A stretch of 64,000 bases of DNA from the NCBI GenBank assembly GCA_002269645.1, contig NIVC01000386.1:248001-312000 (forward strand), written 5' to 3'. Shown here one piece after another: positions 13,529-26,244 of the stretch; position 1 is the first letter of the stretch; every line of letters begins with the position of its first letter. Below the pieces are notes generated by a model that did not search any database, was not told where the DNA came from, and saw only the letters and a program-made list of their open reading frames with translations. The translations under genes and the position numbers were made by a program. The DNA is from Macrostomum lignano (Eukaryota).

Positions 13529-13644
13529 CAGTAGCGCAACCAGAAATTTGTTGAGGGGGGGCGAATCATTCGCTTGGTCCCCTTTAATTTTTTCCGACGT
13601 CCGCCAAAGGAGGGGCAACCGCCCCCCCCCTGGTTGCGCCACTG
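13529..13644. mobile_element. 116-bp hAT-like MITE nested in the MULE
   Basis: TIRs CAGTAGCGCAACCAG / CTGGTTGCGCCACTG; flanks (TACTCTTG vs TTACTCAT) are not a clean TSD. Confidence 0.6.
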
Positions 13645-16600
13645 TTACTCATTCTGATTCGTATACTCATTATATTAAATACTGTACTGTACATGTTGTA
13701 TCGACTTGTGTTGACGCCTTTTTGGTGCAAATATGTGTACTGCTTCTCTGTCCTTACTAAAATACACTGCTAAATAACTGAACTATCATTCAGCTCATTA
13801 TTACTATACTATCGATTCATATACTTGCACTGTACTGTAACTAATTGCTTTGAAATAGCTTGATTAAAGTTAGTAACCACAATAAATTTGTTTACGAAAA
13901 TCAGACACCAAGAAAAAGCTATATAGCCTTTGACAATACATCAAAGGGGGGAGGGGGCGGGGGGCTTCGGTCCAAGTTTTGGGCGCCAACATATGTTGGC
14001 ACCTCATGAGTATGAGGGGCGCCAATTTTTAAGCTAGGGGTACAAAAATGCGTAGGAGGCGAAAAATCTAGTTTAAAGGGTGCAAACTTAGGTTTTTGGG
14101 GGCTCAATAAGTTCTATCAAGCTCTATCCGCAGGTCCGCCCCTATTGGCGCTCCTTGCCTTATAGTCCCTGAATTAGCACATAACATAAACATATGTACA
14201 GTCATAAGCTACGCTATAGGTATACAGTTGTTTTCTAAACTTGTTCAATGGCTTTTAAGTATTATTTTAAGTAAGTTTACATGTACACGTAGATGTAGTA
14301 CAAAAAATCTAATAATCAATTGTCATTGACTTGGGTTGAAAAATTAAAAGTATGGATAAAATTAAGTGCGCGCTGTAAATGTTATGCCTCGAAACGCACT
14401 CAAACAAAATAATAAATGCAGATAACATACGAACCTTTATTACTTTAATAAGAGTTTATATTAACAGCTATATATTTTAATATTTAACAACGAAAAATAG
14501 TCAAATCAAGTCTAAAGCTTGTCACCAAATTGACCACTGGTGTCACCGAAACGTCCCAAGTTGTCACCGAAGTTGTTGTCACCGAAATGTCTTGTCACCG
14601 AATTGACCTGGGACCATATTTACTATATATATGAAATGAACCTTAACTATAAGAATAGCTAGGGGGCCTAACTTTTAATAGAAATGTCTATTTACCAAAA
14701 TGTCATATAGACTATATAGCCTATAAAACAATAATATAGAAACCCTATACGAACAAGTTAACAAATTTTGGATGGCTGTTATGTCAATTATGCTATCAAT
14801 ATTTTCTAGTGTTACATTGTGATAGAGATAATATCTAGGTATGTTGTGGCATATTATGGTCAATAGGTGGTGACACAAAAAGTATAATGTAGGGGCCTAT
14901 GCGACACTATAGGAGTAGGCTCACATAGGCCTTAGTAATTAGTTGTTGTTTAAAACTTTGAGTATAGAGTTTTAAAATGTTTAGGCCTAACTTTAATTTT
15001 TGTTTTTTATTAATTATAACTTATTATTTACTTTTTCTACCATTTTTTAATTTTTCAAATCATATTTTTGCATTTTGCATTGTGACAGTATTGTTTTGCA
15101 TTGCACTTTTTCATACTTTTGACTTTTGTCTTGTCTTGTGTATTGAGCTACATTTTTTGCACTGGTATTGCACATTTTAGGTTTTTAAAACTTATTCCAA
15201 TTGAAAATATAGGTTAGATTTAAAAAATTATATATTTTACAAAAAATAAAAAAACATGTGCATTTAGGGACCTAAATGTGTGTCATGATTATGCACAAAG
15301 AGCATTAGAAACCTTTGACAATTTGTATCATGCTAGAATTTTCTATGATAAAACCAAGGCCATCTTCTAAATCACTTTATAGCACTGGACTATAGAGCAA
15401 CAGCTTTAAGTTAGTGAAATCACTGCGAATGACTTATTGTTTCTCATGGAAATAACTCTTAACTAAACTAATTTATAGCTAGGAGCCTATATAGGCCTTG
15501 AGGTCTACAAGTTAAACTAAGTTAGGCCTAACTATAAACTAATTGAATGAAACTAATCTTAAAATTATAACTATTAAAATAACTAGTCTAGATTTTTATT
15601 ATTAGCGCCTAATCAATTTAAATTATTAATACTAATACTAAAGTAAATTATTATTTTAGTCTATTATTAAAGCCCACAATAATATTTTTGCCAAAGTTTA
15701 GCCACTCCTTTTCTTATATTTAAATGGCTTTCTTTTCTGGGAAGTATCAGGCAAAAGTTAAATTATTATTAAATTTAAAGTCCTGTTCAATTTTCAAAGT
15801 CTGCCGACTTTATGTACAAAAATGCTATACTTTTTGCATACTATTATAAACTGATTTATACGTTTCTTTTAACTAGTGTCATAGAAAGTTCCGTAATTTT
15901 AATCAATATATAAAGTAAAGTTTGGCTCAACACTTTTTACTTTAAAACTGAGTTCATAGTTCTAGCAAAACATTGATTTTCAAAAAAACACTAGTATTTT
16001 TTAGCATTTTTTTCGTCTTGATTCTGTCTTCTGCATCAGTCAATCAAGACAATCATAAGTCATTATCCCAAATGTTTTGATTTGACTGATTGATCTGAAA
16101 ACGTATCGAGCTGTCTGAGTTTTTTTCGTCCTCAAAAGGTAAATGTATTTTACTGTATGATAGATTATAGATAATACAGCTACAGTAGCTGTGTTTTTTT
16201 ACACAATTTTAGAACGTGAGAATCTTGCATAGCATGTTCGAAGGATCAAAGCTACAGCTAGTATACATGTACCTAGCTTGTCTTACGTGCTCATCAATCA
16301 GAGAACTACACTGTACTTATATGAAGGAAGGTGTCATCATTCACCTGTCCACCTAACAGCAAAACATTAAATAATTCTCCCAACAGAAGAGTACATGTAT
16401 CATCGGATTACATGCTACTTCCGATTACATGTATTGATGTAGAAAATCCGATTGAGCCGCCGGTTTCAAGGCACTACTACAAGCTACTATACACATTAGG
16501 CACATGTACGTAGCACGCACAGGGGTATGTACGCCGGCATACAGTCACATACAGGTGGACACACAGACACAGCGGCTCTGATCCCCTGCAGCTTCTCATT

Positions 16601-17179
16601 GTCAGGTCCAGCGGGAATCGTGGCCGCTGGACATGTAATCACAGCTGAGGTCATGCAAGAAGCCATAGCGACATTAAAGCGTTAAAAGCCCTGATGCAAC
16701 AAGTGAGACTGCAGGAAATGAAATTCTGTAGGCCGGGAAGTTAACAACAGTTTGCGGCTACGAGACTGACTGAGCATCATGTGGTTGGACCGGAAGCTTT
16801 CACAGCGAGCCATGCATTAACGAAAGATCAAGAGAGTGCCGCCTCTCAAGTACAGAAATAAAAGAGCTAGTCATCGAATATCGCTTTATCCCGTGTGTCA
16901 TTAGCCGAGTGAGATCTAACTGTAATAAATCTACATTCGCATGTGTAATGGTAAGAACTAAAAGCTGCATTGACTGGGGACACTAAAGAGCACACCTCGC
17001 AGTGCCTAGCTAGGCAGAGCCTGCATAGCACGAATGGCAAAAGCGCAAATGAAAGTGACTGCCAGCCTAATGAGGTAGTAATTAAATACGAGCTCGTTAC
17101 TGACTGCCCCAATTGTCAGTCTAAACCATAAACCTGCGAAAAAGTCTGTTTTTAAACACTTTCCTGTAAGTCTCTAGAG

Positions 17180-18625
17180 CACCTGATCTCTCATGCAATC
17201 ACACCTGATCTCTCATGCAATCACACCTGATCTCTCACGCAATCACACCTGATCTCTCATGCAATCACACCTGATCTCTCATGCAATCACACCTGATCTC
17301 TCATGCAATCACACCTGATCTCTCATGCAATCACACCTGATCTCTCATGCAATCACACCTGATCTCTCATGCAATCACACCTGATCTCTCATGCAATCAC
17401 ACCTGATCTCTCATGCAATCACACCTGATCTCTCATGCAATCACACCTGATCTCTCATGCAATCACACCTGATCTCTCATGCAATCACACCTGATCTCTC
17501 ACGCAATCACACCTGATCTCTCATGCAATCACACCTGATCTCTCATGCAATCACACCTGATCTCTCATGCAATCACACCTGATCTCTCATGCAATCACAC
17601 CTGATCTCTCATGCAATCATACCTGATCTCTCATACAATCATACCTGATCTCTCACGCAATCACACCTGATCTCTCATGCAATCACACCTGATCTCTCAT
17701 ACAATCACACCTGATCTCTCATGCAATCACACCTGATCTCTCATACAATCATACCTGATCTCTCACGCAATCACACCTGATCTCTCATGCAATCACACCT
17801 GATCTCTCATGCAATCACACCTGATCTCTCATACAATCAAGCATGATCTCTCATACAATCACACCTGATCTCTCATACAATCAAGCATGATCTCTCATGC
17901 AATCACACCTGATCTCTCATGCAATCACACCTGATCTCTCATGCAATCACACCTGATCTCTCATACAATCAAGCATGATCTCTCATACAATCACACCTGA
18001 TCTCTCATGCAATCACACCTGATCTCTCATGCAATCACACCTGATCTCTCATGCAATCACACCTGATCTCTCATGCAATCACACCTGATCTCTCACGCAA
18101 TCACACCTGATCTCTCACGCAATCACACCTGATCTCTCATGCAATCACACCTGATCTCTCATACAATCACACCTGATCTCTCACGCAATCACACCTGATC
18201 TCTCATGCAATCACACCTGATCTCTCATACAATCACACCTGATCTCTCATGCAATCACACCTGATCTCTCATGCAATCACACCTGATCTCTCATGCAATC
18301 AAGCATGATCTCTCATACAATCACACCTGATCTCTCACGCAATCACACCTGATCTCTCATGCAATCACACCTGATCTCTCATACAATCACACCTGATCTC
18401 TCATGCAATCATACCTGATCTCTCATGCAATCACACCTGATCTCTCATGCAATCACACCTGATCTCTCATACAATCAAGCATGATCTCTCATGCAATCAC
18501 ACCTGATCTCTCATGCAATCACACCTGATCTCTCATACAATCAAGCATGATCTCTCATGCAATCACACCTGATCTCTCATGCAATCACACCTGATCTCTC
18601 TCATACAATCAAGCATGATCTCTAC
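17180..18625. repeat. 22-bp minisatellite (ACACCTGATCTCTCATGCAATC), ~65 units
   Basis: Visible tandem units downstream of EGFR-A. Confidence 0.95.
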
Positions 18626-19150
18626 TTTGAAAAAGTCACGAAAATAAGGCCAGGCGAGTTAAACTAAGCTTTCTACGCTCGTATATTTATTTAAAAAGTG
18701 TCTGCCATGCAAAGGGCTTACAAACTTATACGCTGGTAAAAGATACCAAAAGCCATCACATCCATCTTAACAAACGATTAAATTTTAACGCGAAATTAAA
18801 GTAAGACTCAGACTCTAAGCAAAAAACTACAGAAACCGGATAAATCCGAAAAACAGAAGTCTAGGAGCGTGTGGTATATGCACTCTAGAAAACAAAACCG
18901 AGAAAAGTATATCGAAGATATTATAACTGTGCAATGGTTTCAGCAATCTGTGACCAGCAACAGGCGTCAAGTTAGAGAGCAGAATTTGTTTAGTTGGGAC
19001 ACAGCGCTTTTATCTCATACAGTGAAGCCGTACTATTCTAAGAAAGAGTTCCTACAACAATAATATCATCGTCCAACGCAAACCACATACGTTGGTTTTA
19101 AAGTAATTTGCAAAGCAAACACAAATATTTCTCTTTGCTTAGATTCGAAC

Positions 19151-22100
19151 TCAGGCGTCAGGCTCAAGGTAAGCGCCGTCGTCATGCTCCACCAGTGCGC
19201 GCTGCTGATCCAGGAAGCGGCAATACGCCGCAACATTAGTCGGCCGGCGGACCGAGATCACGAGGTTCGGGTGCACGGGGTTCGCTATGTACGCATTGAC
19301 CCTGCGCCTGGCGTAGTCAACGGGGATGGCAGCACCGAAGGTGGTCATCTCCACTTCTTTGTCACTGAAAATTCCGCGACTGGCGGCTGCGATGTACTTG
19401 GACGGACAGGCGAGGCAGTCATTCATGGTGCCGACCATGTCGCGGAAGCTCGGCCGAGACTCCGGATGCGGCAGCCAGCAGCTCAGCAGGATGTTGTAGA
19501 AGTCGATGCTGCAGATGTCGGGCTGGTTCAGCCGGATGCCCTTCTTCAGCAGGCCGGTGATGTCCTCCACCGAGCGGATCCCGTACGGGTTGTAGGGCGA
19601 CTCGCCGAACGTGCAGATCTCCCACAGCAGCACGCCGTAGCTCCACACATCCGACTTGTGGCTGAACAGTCCGGACTCAAAGCACTCCACGCCGAGCCAT
19701 TTCACCGGCAGCAGGCCGGCCGTCTGGATGAACTCGCCCTCCGACATGTCCAGCAGACGGGCCAGCCCGAAGTCCGTGATCCTCACTTGGTCCGGAGTCT
19801 GCAGCAGCACGTTGCGGGCAGCCAGGTCGCGGTGTACAATGCCCAGAGACTCCAGGTACTCCATGCCCTCCGCCACTTGTAGACCCCAGCGCAGCATTCG
19901 CTCCGCACCGATCTGGTTGCGGTGCGCTCGCAGGAACTCCAGCAGACAGCCCCGAGGCATCAGCGCCGTGATCAGCTGCGGCTCCTGGGTCAGGCACAAA
20001 GCCACCAGTCGGATGCAGCATGGATGCTGCACTCTGGCCAGCATGCTCGCTTCGTTCAGCAGCTCTTGGCCCAGCTTCGGACTGTGGCCGCGCAGCACCT
20101 TGATCGCGACGGGCAGCTCGCGAACTCCCTTGTTCGTGCTCGACCGCAGGATGCCCTTGTACACCGTGCCGAACGCGCCACTGCCAATCTCCTTCTGCTT
20201 CATCACATCGTCGTCATTCACAATCAGCAGCTTCGCCATGGCGTTCGGGTTGCTCGGGTCCGTCAGGTACTCGTCCAAGTCGACGATTTCGTACTTTCGC
20301 ATCCGCCTCCGGTAGTGCACGTAGGCCACCGGCAGCAGCACCAGCAGCACCAGAATGAGCAGCCCGACGCCAATGCCAACGGTGAGGAGTCTCGCAGACG
20401 CCACCGAGTAGCAGCGGCCCTTCGAGTCGGCGCGCATCTCTCGGCTGCTGCAGGCGGCCACGCACTTGCCGTCCTCCTCCAGGTTGCTGCAGCGCTCGCA
20501 CTCGGAGGCGCTCGGACTGCTGCAGCCGCCCTCGCACTCGCTGTGGCACTCCTGACATTCTCCGCTCAGATTGTACCGACCGGCCTCCTGGCACGTGGCG
20601 TAGCAGCGGCCGTCCACCTCGAAGTTCCGGCAGGCTACGCACATGTCGGGTCCGGGTCCCCAGCACTCGTCGCGGCACTGGGGGTCGCAGACGGCGTTTC
20701 TGCACACCTCGCTCGTGTTGTCGAAGCTGCGCTCCTTATCTGTTTCGCTTGGCCAGTGCTCCTTCAAGTCTTGCAGCTTCGCCGCGAAGTTGAACGGAAA
20801 CCAGCGAGCGCAGAGACCTCTGACATTTCTCAGGCCGAAACAGGACACGTATTTCAGAGAGGCGAAGCCAAAATGAGTAATTCTGCAGTCATCAACAAAT
20901 AGGTGCCCTGAAACTTGCACGAGATTTTTAAGAAAGCTAAGGCTTCCTATGTGCTCTGGAATATTTTTTATTACAAATTTTTCGACCAAAATAGCTCGAA
21001 CGGATTTCAGATTCCAAATTCCAGAATCTGCATCCAGCGGTCCCAATCGCAGTTGATTTCCATCGATGCTTAAAACTTTTTTAAACTTCAACTCTGTCGG
21101 TGCCAGTGTCGAACAGTTGCTATACTTTCCTAGAAATTCCTCAGTAAGGGTTCTCTGAAAGCCGTCTTTGCACACGTAGCAGCCCTGTCGCACTCCGGCC
21201 ACTGAGCAGGGAGTGCAGATTCCGCTGATGGGCATTTGACCATCAGGACATTCGACAATGCAGTACTTGTGATTGGAATCAATCACGAAGTCTCTCGGGC
21301 ACTGGTCAACGCAAACGTTTCCTGCCTGCATCAGAGAATCCTGCGCCGTGTTGATTCGGCTGTATGCCGCATCATACGAATTATTGCGGCAGCTATGGGC
21401 GCACCTGCCGGCCAGAAGCACACTGCGGCACGCGCGACACTCGCTTGGTTGAAATGACCGGCACCCTCCGAGACAGCTGTTGTCGCAGCATTCTTCCTCG
21501 CCGGTGGGCCGAGTATAGCAGGAGTGGCAGCTTCGCTTCCTGCACTTGGACACCATCTGGCACTCCGTGCTTGACCAGCACAATCGGTGGCCTTCCTTGC
21601 TCATGGGACAGTCGTCAGGGCACTCGGGGAGATGAGAACAGATGTTAGCCTGATCAGCCGGTTTGAGCGAACTGTTGGTCATGTTATTCAAGTGAGTCAC
21701 TGCATCGAGCAGATGCTGTTCTTTGTGCTCGAATACTTCACTCCAGCTAATTTTTCGGGTTAGCTGGCAATAGAGGTGGATGTCCATGCTGGTGGAGAAC
21801 ATTACACCGGGTCCTTGGATCGAGACGAGCTTTGGCATGAGTATCTGAGTCGGCGTGTTGCAGTATCCGATCTCCAAGGCGTATAAAGGGTGAGAGGGGC
21901 TTTGCGAGTAGATGAAGCCTCTGATGGCTCTGAGGTTCCGCAGCTCGAGTCGCTTGATGCCGAGGCCCGTGATAACAACTCTACCGGATACCTCTCTAAT
22001 GGAATCAAGAAAGCTAGTATTCATTTCATAGATGTTGCGGTCGATTGTGACTCCGGTGAAGTGCGACCCCAGAAAATGGACGTGCAAATCTCCGTTTACG

Positions 22101-22291
22101 AATTGACAGCCGTCCACCTTGCGGGAGAGAATTTCATGCAGATAGCTCACATTCTTTAGCTGTTTGTAGTCGCTGTTCGTGATGCGGAGGCTCCGGCAGA
22201 TTTTGGGCTCCGGAACTTTGGCCGAGTGGCCGGGCTTCGGCACCCGGAACGCCATCAGCCACAGTAGGACAAGGACCGCGTCGCTTCGCAT
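19151..22291 (-). CDS. EGFR: EGFR/ErbB-family receptor tyrosine kinase, copy A (intronless, ~1046 aa from the ATG of MRSDAVLVLL)
   Basis: Signal peptide, L1 (CQFVNGDLHV, LRNLRAIRG), furin-like Cys-rich region, L2, short CR2, TM (LLTVGIGVGLLILVLLVLLPVAYVHY), kinase motifs IGSGAFGTVYKG, VAIK, HRDLAARN, DFG, SDVWSYG. The ORF track starts 45 nt earlier at a less likely start. Confidence 0.92.
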   Translation of the reverse strand: MRSDAVLVLLWLMAFRVPKPGHSAKVPEPKICRSLRITNSDYKQLKNVSYLHEILSRKVDGCQFVNGDLHVHFLGSHFTGVTIDRNIYEMNTSFLDSIREVSGRVVITGLGIKRLELRNLRAIRGFIYSQSPSHPLYALEIGYCNTPTQILMPKLVSIQGPGVMFSTSMDIHLYCQLTRKISWSEVFEHKEQHLLDAVTHLNNMTNSSLKPADQANICSHLPECPDDCPMSKEGHRLCWSSTECQMVSKCRKRSCHSCYTRPTGEEECCDNSCLGGCRSFQPSECRACRSVLLAGRCAHSCRNNSYDAAYSRINTAQDSLMQAGNVCVDQCPRDFVIDSNHKYCIVECPDGQMPISGICTPCSVAGVRQGCYVCKDGFQRTLTEEFLGKYSNCSTLAPTELKFKKVLSIDGNQLRLGPLDADSGIWNLKSVRAILVEKFVIKNIPEHIGSLSFLKNLVQVSGHLFVDDCRITHFGFASLKYVSCFGLRNVRGLCARWFPFNFAAKLQDLKEHWPSETDKERSFDNTSEVCRNAVCDPQCRDECWGPGPDMCVACRNFEVDGRCYATCQEAGRYNLSGECQECHSECEGGCSSPSASECERCSNLEEDGKCVAACSSREMRADSKGRCYSVASARLLTVGIGVGLLILVLLVLLPVAYVHYRRRMRKYEIVDLDEYLTDPSNPNAMAKLLIVNDDDVMKQKEIGSGAFGTVYKGILRSSTNKGVRELPVAIKVLRGHSPKLGQELLNEASMLARVQHPCCIRLVALCLTQEPQLITALMPRGCLLEFLRAHRNQIGAERMLRWGLQVAEGMEYLESLGIVHRDLAARNVLLQTPDQVRITDFGLARLLDMSEGEFIQTAGLLPVKWLGVECFESGLFSHKSDVWSYGVLLWEICTFGESPYNPYGIRSVEDITGLLKKGIRLNQPDICSIDFYNILLSCWLPHPESRPSFRDMVGTMNDCLACPSKYIAAASRGIFSDKEVEMTTFGAAIPVDYARRRVNAYIANPVHPNLVISVRRPTNVAAYCRFLDQQRALVEHDDGAYLEPDA

Positions 22292-23559
22292 CTCTTGCGA
22301 GTGGTGCTTAGGGTCTTTTATCTGAAATTGAAGCAATTTTTAGGGCTTCAAAATCTAAATCTCATGTTAAAAACTGGCCAATGCAAATTGCGCATACCCT
22401 CTTGCTACACAAGACGTGAAGTTCCCCCTTTTTAATTTGCTTTGAGGGGCGAACCGTTTGAGTTTGGCTAGCAGCTACTTATTAACTAGCCACGAAGACT
22501 TGTCAGCTTACCGCAAATTGCTCTGAGGCGCAGCATGAGAAGCGAAATTTCGTGCAACCTGTGCAGCGGGGGCAGCAGCAGCCAAGAGATGCAATCCAGC
22601 TTTTATGCCCTGAGTCCATTAAGCTCACCCACTCCCCGGCCTCTCCAACCGAGGCGCAAGTGCAAGAGAAGCAGCCAATCTGACGGTAGTTGCCAGCTGT
22701 CTACACGGTTGCACCCGCGAATTTTCCAAAAGAAAGGCACAGTTGGGTGTCCGTCCGTATTGTCAGGAAACAAGTGACCATGATTTACAAGCCGCCATGC
22801 TGAATAGAATCCGTTGTTTACCGCTCTTTGTGTCTGTCGAATCCGCCTGATTCAGTGTGCATTGTCTATTGGCAATTAATTTTCGCGGAAAAAAGTCTTT
22901 GATCTCGCTGAAGTGGGAGCGGCGATCCGAATGAGGATCTGAGGAGAATTCAAGAGTCACGTGAAACCCAATAATTGCTTGAAAGAACAGCTACTGAGTG
23001 CCTTCTAGAACAAGTGATTTGAGCAGCTCTGAGCAGCCCAAATCAGGCTTTATCGCCGATTCAGCAGAGAACGTTTTGAGCCGATAAAGAAGAGACAAAA
23101 GGGTATAACTAAGTGGCCGTTTAGCAGACTATTCAGCGCATTTATTTGATGCATCGCACTCGGCATTCCGTGCATTATCTGACTACTTCGATTAGTTGCG
23201 AAGTGGCACTTTTGATGGCTCAATGAACGTTCGAAGAGAAGATTTTAGCGGGAGCAGGTCAACGCCCCCTCACAGCATGCAGCACCAGGACGGTGCAGCC
23301 CACGTTTTAAAGGTCTGTAGAGAGATCCAAACCAAGAGAACTGAACTCACCTGCAAGACTTGTGATTAACGATATGCCTTTTCAATTTTTGCAGTAGAAA
23401 TTTAGAAGCGGCCCACGCTACCGCGGATAAAAACAAAGAGTAACTCATGAGTGAAGGACGTCCGGGAAGAATGAAAATGTACGAAACAAATGCTCGAATT
23501 CTATCCCTGCTTGTTGAGCGCCATTGTTAACTGCTTGAAAAGGCCCAGTTTAATACGCA

Positions 23560-24400
23560 GTGGTGGGAACAATATCTTTTTGCGATCGATCAACGGCTCG
23601 TGGATGACATCTTTTGCTCTGCAAGGCTCCAGACACTCCGTCACTGGCCACTAATTTTGAAAAATATTGTCTTTTGCGTGACTGCACAAAAACAGGGATT
23701 ACTTGATATAGCCCGACTGTAAGCCCAGTAGGAAATGAACTATCTGCAAATCTACGCAGACAACCCATTCATGATCATGGTAGGCTATTTTCAGCAGAAC
23801 ATACTTGCGTACTTGAACGCATCATATTGTTCCTTTAGTGTTGTCGATTGGGCTAGAGGTATTGATGGTATTGATGGCCTTTGTGTAGCAGTACACATTT
23901 CAAAGAGCGCTTGCTGGGGTCAATACGTCCACCCAAAGTAGCCTAGGGGACAGGGAGACGCAGGTACAGCTCTGCTGCAGCATCGGTCCTATCAGCGCTC
24001 CAAAACTTCCACAGCCTTGTTGGTACGCCGATGTGTAGTAGAGGGTCCTTCCTCACAGCGAAGTCCCGCGGATCCGCCTTAATAGACACCCCCTGCAGCG
24101 CGATGACATCACAGCTTAGGTTGAGAGCTAGCTTTGCCAGAGCCCCTCTCCGCCCTGGCGGCCCCGAGAGTGCGGCAGTTCAGCGTCCCGACCCGAAGTA
24201 TGAGCAGTTGAGCCTCACGGAAGATCCGCATGGGCCAGCGCAGCCGCAGTTCGGGGGACAGCACCACGTCGCCGACCGCGCCAATTTCACTTCACGTCGG
24301 AGCTCAACACGCCGACGTTCGCTCCGCTGCTCTCGCTTAGTCCTGCCGCTGTTGGCCGCCGCAGCAATGAAGCGCGGTCGACCGTCTTGACGACTTGGAG
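23560..24400 (-). mobile_element. Degenerate, internally deleted RTE-like LINE
   Basis: Frameshifted endonuclease remnants LRVGTLNCRTL / DVIALQ / LYYTSAYQQGCGSFGALIGP at ~23850-24215, joined to a C-terminal-like RRFADSSFPT segment at ~23560-23770. Confidence 0.65.
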
Positions 24401-25091
24401 GTCGCAAAATTTACTTTATCCACGTGCAAACAATACAGGACTCCCCTCTCCATAAGTTTGGCTCAAGCCCCGATGCCTGGCATCATTTGTCACTTAGTGA
24501 GCCATTTTGCACTGCATCTGCAGATGCTCAGTGTAAGCTAAAAAACCTTCCTTTGCTTGACTCAACTGGCCAAAACGAGTCCAACACCACTAGCAATGCA
24601 AAGTGCACTGAAGGCCAAGATTTTGTTAGAGAGGAAGAAACAAACAATATCGCGTTACACTGACGCAGCTTTCCCAACTTTGCTGTAATTTTAGCTCGCT
24701 AATGATTTAAGATGCACAAGAAACATCAGCAAACTTCATGGTTGCAGCTTGAATATTAGGCTCGCTACTTACAACAGTATATGCGGGTCTGTGTGCTAGA
24801 TAATTATCACGCCTATGCCAATGTGTTAGTCGATAAGTCAAATATGGATAAACAAAAATTTAGATAGATTTCGATCTGTTTGTGAAGCTGCTGATGATGA
24901 CATTTAGACACAAAAAATGCAAAACCCATTCGACTGAGAGATGCATGCTGCAGTTCGAGATATCTGGGCTTTTAGCCCGGCTGCTTTTCACACCGCAACA
25001 ACCACTCCAGTGGACTACTGGGAGTAATGGGGTTACAACGGTAACCACCAACTATCTGTTGCCTATTCGTCTTTCAAGTCACTGATTAAAC

Positions 25092-25870
25092 CACCAACCA
25101 CCAACCAGTCCCGGGATCCCACACCAACCAGTCCTGGGATTCCCCACCAACCAGTCCCAAGATCCTGAACCAACCAGTCCCGAGATCCTGCACCAACCAG
25201 TCCCGAGAGCCGAGATCCCGCACCAACCAGTCCCGAGATCCCGCACCAACCAGTCCCGAGATCCCGCACCAACCAGTCCCGAGATCCCGCACCAACCAGT
25301 CCCGAGATCCTGCATCAACCAGTCCCGAGATCCTGCACCAATCAGTCCCGAGATCCTGCACCAACCAGTCCCGAGATCCTGCACCAACCAGTCCCGAGAT
25401 CCCGCACCAACCAGTCCCGAGATCCTGCACCAACCAGTCCCGAGATCCTGCACCAACCAGTCCCGAGATCCTGCACCAACCAGTCCCGAGATCCTGCACC
25501 AACCAGTCCCGAGATCCTGCACCAACCAGTCCCGAGATCCTGCACCAACCAGTCCCGAGATCCTGCACCAACCAGTCCCGAGATCCCGCACCAACCAGTC
25601 CCGAGAGCCGAGATCCTGCACCAACCAGTCCCGAGAGCCGAGATCCCGCACCCACCAGGTCCCGAGATCCCGCACCAACCAGTCCCAAGATCCTGCACCA
25701 ACCAGTCCCGAGATCCCCCACCCACCAGGTCCCGGGATCCCACAACAACCAGTCTCGAGATCCTGCACCAACCAGTCTCGAGATCCTGCACCAACCAGTC
25801 CCGGGATCCTGCACCAACCAGTCCCGGGATCCCCCACCCACCAGTCCCGAGATCTCGCACCAACCAGTCA
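25092..25870. repeat. 23-bp minisatellite (CACCAACCAGTCCCGAGATCCTG)
   Basis: 23-aa (3 x 23 nt) periodic ORFs in all minus frames. Confidence 0.95.
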
Positions 25871-26244
25871 GGGGACACTATGCATCCAACGCCGCAACAG
25901 TTGCAGCACATCGTGTGGCAAGTCAGCGTTAGAGTTTCAAGTGAAAACTCGTATTTCAATCCAATGCAGTCCGGAGGGCAGAGTTAATGAATTCACGGGC
26001 ATGAGCCGGCGCAAAACATAATGCAGGATCATTTCGTTCTTCACGATAAATTTAACCAAGCCTAACAGCTGCGCAAATTGTGACTGACATTTGCAATATC
26101 TGAGGCCATGTGGATGAGCACTGGACACTCAAACAGAAATGAAATTGCAATAAACCGGCGAGCAGTCAGGCTGCAAGCTTGAGTTCGAAACATGCATAAT
26201 ACGGTTGGGTTTTAAAATGTTTAAAACTGTTTTTACGGTTAGGC

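Larger units (their letters stand above)
10318..14615 (+). mobile_element. Mutator-like (MULE) DNA transposon, non-autonomous deletion derivative
   Basis: Termini GGTCCCAGGTCAATTCGG...CCGAATTGACCTGGGACC. TIRs ~640 bp (10318-~10960 and ~13950-14615), nearly identical, with five subterminal (T)TCGGTGACA-type repeats. Perfect 9-bp TSD ATATTTACT at 10309-10317 and 14616-14624; 9-bp TSDs are typical of Mutator. Confidence 0.93.

Noticed and set aside
16600-16900. Possible decayed LINE RT fragment (ITAEVMQEAIATLKR..KAPD)
   Set aside because: Too short and too interrupted to support by eye
19184-20902. Long antisense ORFs over EGFR-A, and the equivalents over EGFR-B (34843-35904) and NRBP exons
   Set aside because: Shadow ORFs of GC3-rich coding sequence; their similarity to each other only reflects the shared EGFR block
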